A stretch of DNA of 38,645 nucleotides from Candidatus Liptonbacteria bacterium. Its GTDB lineage: Bacteria > Patescibacteriota > Minisyncoccia > UBA6257 > Colwellbacteraceae. This document shows positions 32,841 to 38,645 of this stretch, piece after piece. A model generated the notes under the pieces. The model searched no databases. It saw only the letters and a list, made by a program, of their open reading frames with translations, and was not told the DNA's origin. Location: positions 1-38,645 of the forward strand of contig JAHXGO010000004.1 in NCBI GenBank assembly GCA_019923695.1, written 5' to 3'. Position numbers and translations under genes: made by a program. Each line of letters starts with the position of its first letter. The stretch's first letter is position 1.

Positions 32841-34127
32841 TTAATATTCTTTAAATTTTTCGGACTTCTTATGATTTTTTATTTTATCCAAAGCCTTTGC
32901 TTCAATTTGCCTTATTCTTTCACGGGTTACTCCAAAAACCTGACCAACTTCTTCAAGAGTATGACTAACGCCATCTTCAAGCCCGAATCTTAATTCTAAA
33001 ATTTTTCTTTCCCTCTCGGTTAAGTCATCCAAAACCTCCTTGATTTGACCTCTTAAAATTTGATGAGAGACAACATGAGTCGGGCTCAAAACTTTTTCAT
33101 CAGGAATAAATTCCGATAAAGTAGTATCTTCCTCTTCTCCAACCGGCGACTCTAATGAAAGAACTTCTTGAGATATTTTTTGGATATTACGAACTTTGTC
33201 AACATCAATACTCATTTCCGCCGCCACTTCTTCGGCTAAAGGCTCTCTGCCAAGCTCCTGCATTAATTTCCTTTTCGCTTGAGTATATTTGGAAATTGTC
33301 TCAACCATATGAACCGGAATCCTGATTGTTCTGGAGTGGTCGGCCAAAGACCTAGTAATCGCTTGTCTTATCCACCAAGTGGCATAAGTTGAAAATTTAA
33401 ATCCCCTTTTATAATCAAATTTCTGAACCGCCCTAAAAAGCCCAAGATTACCCTCTTGAATAAAGTCTAAAATACTTAAATGAATGCTTCGATTAATGTA
33501 GCGTTTAGCGATTGAAACAACCAATCTTAAATTCGACTTTATCAGTCTTTGTCTCGCTTCCTCGTCTCCTTTAAGAATTTTTTTAGCTAAATCTTTTTCT
33601 TCATAAGCGGTTAAAAGAGGTGTCCTGCCGATTTCCCTTAAATAAATTTGAACATTGTCCGGTAATTCGTCGCTTATCAAAATCGCTTCTTCCAGTTCTT
33701 TTTTAGTAATTTCTCCTCCTCCAGGAAGGTCTATTAATTGACCGACATCAACAATTTTAATGCCGTTTTCCTCCAATCTATCGTAAATTTCTTCTAAAAA
33801 ACTAATATCATTTTCAACCCTAGGAAAATATTTTAAAATTTCAATATCGGTAACAAAACCCTTTGTCTTGCCTTGAGAAATCAATTCATCAAGCAACTGA
33901 CTCTCGGCTTTACCCTTTTTTACCGAAGCTATATTTGAAGAAGGTTCAAAAACTAATTTTTTTTTCTTATTATTTTTTTTCGCCAATTTTTTAACTTTGA
34001 CTTTTCTTTTATGGATAAAGGACGACTTACGGCCAAAAGACGACTTGGCTGTTTTTTTTGTTTTTTTCTGCTTCAGCTTAGGCTTTAAAACTTTCTTGTT
34101 CTTTTTTTGTTTTTTATTTTTTTTCAT
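32841..34127 (-). CDS. rpoD: RNA polymerase sigma factor RpoD (sigma70) with Lys-rich N-terminus
   Basis: Regions 1.2, 2 ([15 protein letters not shown]), 3 and 4 ([20 protein letters not shown]) are present. Confidence 0.95.
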   Translation of the reverse strand: MKKNKKQKKNKKVLKPKLKQKKTKKTAKSSFGRKSSFIHKRKVKVKKLAKKNNKKKKLVFEPSSNIASVKKGKAESQLLDELISQGKTKGFVTDIEILKYFPRVENDISFLEEIYDRLEENGIKIVDVGQLIDLPGGGEITKKELEEAILISDELPDNVQIYLREIGRTPLLTAYEEKDLAKKILKGDEEARQRLIKSNLRLVVSIAKRYINRSIHLSILDFIQEGNLGLFRAVQKFDYKRGFKFSTYATWWIRQAITRSLADHSRTIRIPVHMVETISKYTQAKRKLMQELGREPLAEEVAAEMSIDVDKVRNIQKISQEVLSLESPVGEEEDTTLSEFIPDEKVLSPTHVVSHQILRGQIKEVLDDLTERERKILELRFGLEDGVSHTLEEVGQVFGVTRERIRQIEAKALDKIKNHKKSEKFKEY

Positions 34128-34136
34128 ATTTATTAA

Positions 34137-35915
34137 TCAAGTTTTTGGCTTTATTTTTAATTCATCAATTTTTTTCGCGATTGTCTGAAATTCTTTTAAA
34201 TACTCTTTCAATCCTTCAATAGAATCGTCTTCGGACTTTTCAGTTTTCTTAATTAAATCAGCTAAATTTTCCTTTTTTTCAGATAAAAACTCAATCTGAA
34301 GACAACGGACAAGATCATTAAATTCTTCTTCGATTTTTAACTTATCTCCATCAACTAAAGACGACTCAAGACAAATTAAATCATAAAAATTGGCTGTTTC
34401 TTCATTTTTTGGCGCTTCCCCAGAAACAAGACACTCCGCAATTTCAAAATATTTTAAAGGTAAGTAGTCTTTAAGTTGTCCGCTTACCATAAGTTCTTCA
34501 AATTTTGGTTTTAATTCTTCTCGAAAATTAACAATAGCTAAAAATCGCTCACTAATCAACTCTTTTCTTGAGGCTTTTTTACAAACTTCTTCCACCGGGC
34601 TTTGAATTCTCGAAAAAGACAACGACGAAACAACCGGTAGTTTTTCTATTTCTTCTAAAAGGTCTTTTTCTCTTATCTTTGTTCTTTCCGATATTTCACT
34701 AATCCAATAATGACGATCTAAAGAACTTGCCAAGGTTTTTGCCTTGCCTAAAACAAAACGTAAATTCTGTTTTTTATTTGAAAAATTTTCTTCGCCTAAA
34801 TACCGGGAAAGATAATAATTCATCGAAGTTTCAGCTTTTAAAACTAAATTTTTAAGGAGTCCGGGAGACGCTTTTACCAAGTCGCCCGGGTCTTTGTAAA
34901 AATTTTCTTTTGAAGAAAATCTGTTTAAATCAAGAATTTTTATATCAAAATCATTTTCATGAGCCAAATCAATACTTCTTTCGGTTGTCTGTTGACCAGC
35001 TAAATCATTATCAAAACATAAAATAAGATTATTGGTATGACGCTTAAGGATTTTTAAATGGTCACGAGTTAAAGCGGTGCCAGAAGTTCCAACCGAGTTT
35101 TTCACTCCGTCCTGATGAGCTAAAATAACATCCATATAACCTTCAACTAAGAGAACAAACTTATTCTCGTTAATAGATTTCTTCGCCTGATAAATCCCGA
35201 ACAAAATCCTTGATTTTGAAAAAATCGGAGTTTCCGGAGAATTAAGATATTTCGCGGTTTCCTGATTTTCAAGAGCCGGTAAAATTCTGCCGGAAAAACC
35301 AACTGTTTTTCCTAAATTATTAAGCAAAGGAAAAATTATTCTTCCTCTAAAACGATCAAAATATCTGCCTTTTTCGCTTTTTATTGCTAACCCTGCCCTT
35401 GCAATGTCTTTGATATCAAAACCGAGGTTTATAAGATGCACCGTTAAATCTTCAAAATTATTAGGACTAAAACCCAAAGCAAATTCATCGATTATTTCTT
35501 TTTTTAAACTTCTTGAAAAAAGATACTCTTTGGCGACTTTTGATTTTTCAAGTTGGGCTCTAAAAAAATCAGAGGCTGCCCGATGTAAATCATAAAGCAC
35601 GCCAAATTCTCTCTGGTCAGCCGGGCTCAAACGTTTTAAATCTATCCCCGCTTTTTCCGCTAAAGTTTTCAATGCTTCATGAAATTCAATATTTTCATGT
35701 TTCATCAAAAACTTAAAAACATCTCCTCCCTCACTGCAAACACCAAAACAATGCCAAATCTGACGATCCGGAGAAATTATAAAAGAAGGAGTTTTTTCCT
35801 GATGAAAAGGACAAAGCGCTTTAAAATTTTTGCCTGCCGGCTTAATTTCTAAATAACCCCTAAGAAAATCAACAATGTCGATTTTCTCTTTAATTTCTTC
35901 AATAATTGATGCCAT
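34137..35915 (-). CDS. dnaG: DNA primase
   Basis: Zinc-binding motif CPFHQEKTPSF...WHCFGC-like segment, and a TOPRIM domain (LVEGYMDV ... DNDLAGQ). Confidence 0.94.
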   Translation of the reverse strand: MASIIEEIKEKIDIVDFLRGYLEIKPAGKNFKALCPFHQEKTPSFIISPDRQIWHCFGVCSEGGDVFKFLMKHENIEFHEALKTLAEKAGIDLKRLSPADQREFGVLYDLHRAASDFFRAQLEKSKVAKEYLFSRSLKKEIIDEFALGFSPNNFEDLTVHLINLGFDIKDIARAGLAIKSEKGRYFDRFRGRIIFPLLNNLGKTVGFSGRILPALENQETAKYLNSPETPIFSKSRILFGIYQAKKSINENKFVLLVEGYMDVILAHQDGVKNSVGTSGTALTRDHLKILKRHTNNLILCFDNDLAGQQTTERSIDLAHENDFDIKILDLNRFSSKENFYKDPGDLVKASPGLLKNLVLKAETSMNYYLSRYLGEENFSNKKQNLRFVLGKAKTLASSLDRHYWISEISERTKIREKDLLEEIEKLPVVSSLSFSRIQSPVEEVCKKASRKELISERFLAIVNFREELKPKFEELMVSGQLKDYLPLKYFEIAECLVSGEAPKNEETANFYDLICLESSLVDGDKLKIEEEFNDLVRCLQIEFLSEKKENLADLIKKTEKSEDDSIEGLKEYLKEFQTIAKKIDELKIKPKT

Positions 35916-36870
35916 AACGATTAAAAGCCGCTTGAATTATTTTATCTAAAAGTTGAGGAAAAGAAAGTCCGATTGCCTTAGCGCCTTGGGATAGAAGACT
36001 AGTCGGAGCGAGCCCCGGAATTGTATTTATCTCCAGAATATAAAGTTTAGCGTCGTCATAAGATAATATCATATCAGTCCTGGACATTCCTGAAGCGCCA
36101 ATTATTTGATGGGCTTTGACGGCTGTTTCTTGAATCAAGTTTATAGTTTCTGGAGAAAACCTCGAAGGAGTCAGTTCTTCGGACGCATTAGGAGTATACT
36201 TTGCTTTATAATCAAAAAAATGAGAAACTCTTGGAATAATTTCCGTCGGCGCTAAAGGAGTAATTTTATTTAATCCGTCATCAATCACCCCGCAGGTTAT
36301 TTCTCGACCATTAATATATTTTGCAATCAAAGCGTCGCGACTAAAACAAAAAACCACTGATAAAGCTTGTTCCAACTCGTCAGGAACTCTAACTATGCTT
36401 ACCCCAATCGAAGACCCTCTGTTAACCGGCTTGACCACCCACGGCATATCAAAAGGAACGCTAATTTTGGTAAAATCGCTTTTTTTATTCACAACTATAT
36501 ATTCAGGAACATTAAGATTATGAACTTTAAAAAGCAAAGAAGAAAAATTTTTATTCATACCCAAACCGCTTGGCAAGGGGCCGCTGCCGGTGTAAGGAAT
36601 ACGAATTTTTTCCAACATTGACTGAACTGTGCCGTCTTCTCCAAATTCGCCGTGCATAGCGATAAAAACAACATCAAATCTTTTTTTGAATTCTTTTATT
36701 TCAACAGACCACTCTCCGTTTCTTAAAATAACAACCGACGAAACTGCGTATTTTTCCTTGTCCAAAGCAAAACAAACATTTTTGCCACTTATTATGGAAA
36801 CATCATGTTCTGCTGATGGCCCGCCCATCAACACCGCTACCCTTATTTTACGCTGTATATGATTTGACAT
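35899..36870 (-). CDS. ddl: D-alanine--D-alanine ligase
   Basis: VAVLMGGPSAEHDVSIISG followed by an ATP-grasp domain (ILEINTIPG). It overlaps the dnaG start by 17 nt. Confidence 0.93.
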   Translation of the reverse strand: MSNHIQRKIRVAVLMGGPSAEHDVSIISGKNVCFALDKEKYAVSSVVILRNGEWSVEIKEFKKRFDVVFIAMHGEFGEDGTVQSMLEKIRIPYTGSGPLPSGLGMNKNFSSLLFKVHNLNVPEYIVVNKKSDFTKISVPFDMPWVVKPVNRGSSIGVSIVRVPDELEQALSVVFCFSRDALIAKYINGREITCGVIDDGLNKITPLAPTEIIPRVSHFFDYKAKYTPNASEELTPSRFSPETINLIQETAVKAHQIIGASGMSRTDMILSYDDAKLYILEINTIPGLAPTSLLSQGAKAIGLSFPQLLDKIIQAAFNRYGINY

Positions 36871-37013
36871 TATAGATTATTTTAAAATAATACCATTAAA
36901 AAAGATAGAAATTCAATTTGACTGAAAAATCTATAAAGACAAAAACATACCTTGCCCTGTTAAAAATATCTTGTGGTTTACCGCGAAATCTAACTATAGA
37001 GACTGGGTTTCTT

Positions 37014-37679
37014 TCATTTAGAAAGATTGTCCCATAAACAAAACTTACAGGCGCTATGAGATTTTGGTTGAGAACCACGAAGAATTTCCACGGCCTTCTG
37101 AAAAACCTGATAAGCGGCTTTAGTGTCAACCGCTACCTTGCGCGGTTCCGCGTTAAATAAAATTTTTGCATCAGCAACCACTTCATTAGGCGAATAAAAA
37201 ATAAGATAAGCAAATCCTTTATGTTTATAACCATTTTTCTCTAAAAGAAGAGTATAAATATTAAGTTGATTTTCATAATACGAATGAGAGTCATCTTTAG
37301 CAAGCCAACCTCGGGTTTTGTAATCAACCGGAATAAAATATTCGCCGTCTATCAAACAATCATCAAGGGCTCCCATAATTTCTGCCTCCAAACCTTTATC
37401 ATAAAAACGAAGACCTCTTCGATTATTGCGCCATTCGTTCAAAAGTTCTTGATTATCCAAAAGCCGGCCCTCTACCTTATCTTTGATTTCCGGCGGCAAT
37501 TCTCCTTTATCACGGAACTTATCAAAATATTTTTTGAGCACCGCATCGATTCCGCCGGGCAAAGACGGAAAAGCGCCGTTCGGCCGATGAATACCCTTAA
37601 CTTTTTCCAACCAAAAACACTTGGGGCATTCAAGAAAAAGATTTAAAGCGCTCGGAGAAAGAATAATCAAATTTTCCAT
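37014..37679 (-). CDS. PD-(D/E)XK nuclease superfamily protein with four Cys (Cas4/RecB-like fold), stand-alone
   Basis: N-terminal CPKC and C-terminal CKFC frame a core with D...DYK (GALDDCLIDGEYFIPVDYKTR). No cas genes are nearby. Confidence 0.7.
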   Translation of the reverse strand: MENLIILSPSALNLFLECPKCFWLEKVKGIHRPNGAFPSLPGGIDAVLKKYFDKFRDKGELPPEIKDKVEGRLLDNQELLNEWRNNRRGLRFYDKGLEAEIMGALDDCLIDGEYFIPVDYKTRGWLAKDDSHSYYENQLNIYTLLLEKNGYKHKGFAYLIFYSPNEVVADAKILFNAEPRKVAVDTKAAYQVFQKAVEILRGSQPKSHSACKFCLWDNLSK

Positions 37680-37788
37680 GTCAAAATAAAATTTTAATAT
37701 ATTATTATTATACCATTTACATATTTGCCAGACAAAATATTAACTAATGTTAACGAAAATTAAACCATAAACCACAAGCCATTCAAAA

Positions 37789-38645
37789 TTAGTATGATTC
37801 CGGACAATTCCAGGCTTTACGCCAACCAGCAGCTATAGCCTCTAATTCAGTGCAAAACCATTTTTCGCCACGAACACTATTTATTTTTGTTTTCTCGTAC
37901 GAACCACAATTAGGTAAATGATAAATCTTTTCACCTGAAGCGCTTATATTACCCTTAATCACGCAAGAATTATTCAAATTATTTTTTTGTAAAGCTGGGG
38001 GTTGAATTTTAATCGGGGTAGCAACCGGACAGACACCCCACAAACCACGCTTTATTTCTCTTGCTTCTTGTTGAGCGCTCAAAAACATATCCTGATATTT
38101 TATATTTGGCGGATATGAATAAGAATAAGCAAAACCCTGTTGTATTAATTCCAAATTTATAAAAACATCGTCTACCCAAACATAACGCAAAAGCCGGCCA
38201 TATTTATCTCTATCTGTAATATCTTTTTTCAACCACACCATTTTGCCCTCAACTAATTTCTTATTTTTATTGAAGGCTTCTATCCCAAAACACTGAACGG
38301 GGCTTCTCGGGTCAACAGTTTCTGGTGTATCAACGCCAATATATCTAATTTTATCACCTCCTTGTATCTCAATCGTATCACCATCAATTACACGAATAAC
38401 TTTCACTAAATCTCTATTGTTATATTTATTTTGTTTGTCCGAAGTTTGCAAACCAGCAAGGTCGTCATTCGGCTGTAATAAAAGGATGTTTTCGCTTTTA
38501 TTTTCTAAAATAACTTCTTTTACAGCGTCAGTCCTTCTAGGACTATCAGCCGGCGACACTGTATTATTAAGATGAAAATTTCTACCAATCGCAACACCAA
38601 TAAACAACACTAGAATAATCCCTGTTGTAACTAAAAATTTTTTTG
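37789..38645 (-). CDS. membrane-anchored thermonuclease (SNase-like) with Cys-containing C-terminal domain; 5' end outside the window
   Basis: SNase core VIDGDTIEI...IRYIGVDTPE...GRLLRYVW...Q.EAR..KRGLW. The frame stays open to the window edge (…KKFLVTTGIILVLFIGVAIG looks like a signal/anchor). The C-terminal domain reads KGNISASGEKIYHLPNCGSY...WFCTELEAIAAGWRKA. Confidence 0.85.
   Translation of the reverse strand, partial: KKFLVTTGIILVLFIGVAIGRNFHLNNTVSPADSPRRTDAVKEVILENKSENILLLQPNDDLAGLQTSDKQNKYNNRDLVKVIRVIDGDTIEIQGGDKIRYIGVDTPETVDPRSPVQCFGIEAFNKNKKLVEGKMVWLKKDITDRDKYGRLLRYVWVDDVFINLELIQQGFAYSYSYPPNIKYQDMFLSAQQEAREIKRGLWGVCPVATPIKIQPPALQKNNLNNSCVIKGNISASGEKIYHLPNCGSYEKTKINSVRGEKWFCTELEAIAAGWRKAWNCPESY

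Noticed and set aside
1045-36862. Numerous antisense or nested track ORFs (e.g. 1045-1308, 3116-3343, 3372-3623, 3463-3660, 4829-5029, 5850-6071, 6224-6424, 6968-7186, 10138-10395, 12564-12827, 15316-15516, 17720-17995, 18485-18742, 19307-19555, 19710-19958, 20364-20591, 21394-21675, 21781-21999, 24053-24250, 24383-24565, 24593-24793, 26340-26549, 30457-30642, 31989-32255, 33997-34188, 35404-35595, 36367-36621, 36629-36862, 36896-37129, 37266-37646)
   Set aside because: Each lies inside or opposite a confidently identified gene. They have low-complexity, Phe/Leu/Ser/Ile-rich translations typical of the antisense strand of AT-rich coding DNA.
1-38645. Alternative genetic code (UGA recoding, as in some CPR lineages)
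   Set aside because: Conserved genes such as infC end at TGA at their expected lengths. No housekeeping ORF is split at an in-frame TGA.

Overview
This is an AT-rich, tightly packed bacterial chromosomal window read in the standard code (UGA is a stop; ORF lengths are normal). Short housekeeping proteins, Lys-rich tails, shortened aaRS genes and many membrane-anchored hypotheticals suggest a Candidate Phyla Radiation / Patescibacteria-type genome (inference). Plus strand, in order: cold-shock gene, nucleotidyltransferase-fold ORF, FKBP isomerase, infC-rpmI-rplT. Minus-strand block: NUDIX, PolX-PHP polymerase, membrane-anchored Clp-like double AAA+ ATPase, small membrane protein, EndoQ-like PHP nuclease, Kef-type antiporter. 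Next come an EncFtn-like ferritin, a double zinc-ribbon ORF, three orphan ORFs, tRNA-Leu(CAA), parB, relA/spoT, ychF, a GIY-YIG ORF, serS, an FtsQ-like ORF, lysS-greA and rplM-rpsI. The window ends with infA-rpmJ-rpsM-rpsK-rpsD-rpoA-rplQ, a 530-aa membrane protein, alaS, ddl-dnaG-rpoD, a PD-(D/E)XK nuclease and a partial membrane thermonuclease. I see no rRNA, CRISPR array, transposase, integrase or recognised defence gene. The most unusual signals are non-coding: (1) a dispersed palindromic element (TCGATATATCGA core plus TATAG arm) in about ten copies, two of them inverted around the EndoQ-like gene; (2) a repeated upstream module shared by three plus-strand genes; (3) an 18-bp tandem repeat family found in frame inside relA and as a decaying intergenic array that supplies the next ORF's start codon; (4) a G+C-rich ~150-nt rod-like hairpin beside tRNA-Leu. 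Unusual proteins include an RpoA without an alpha-CTD and a Clp-like ATPase with a degenerate first AAA+ module coupled to PolX.
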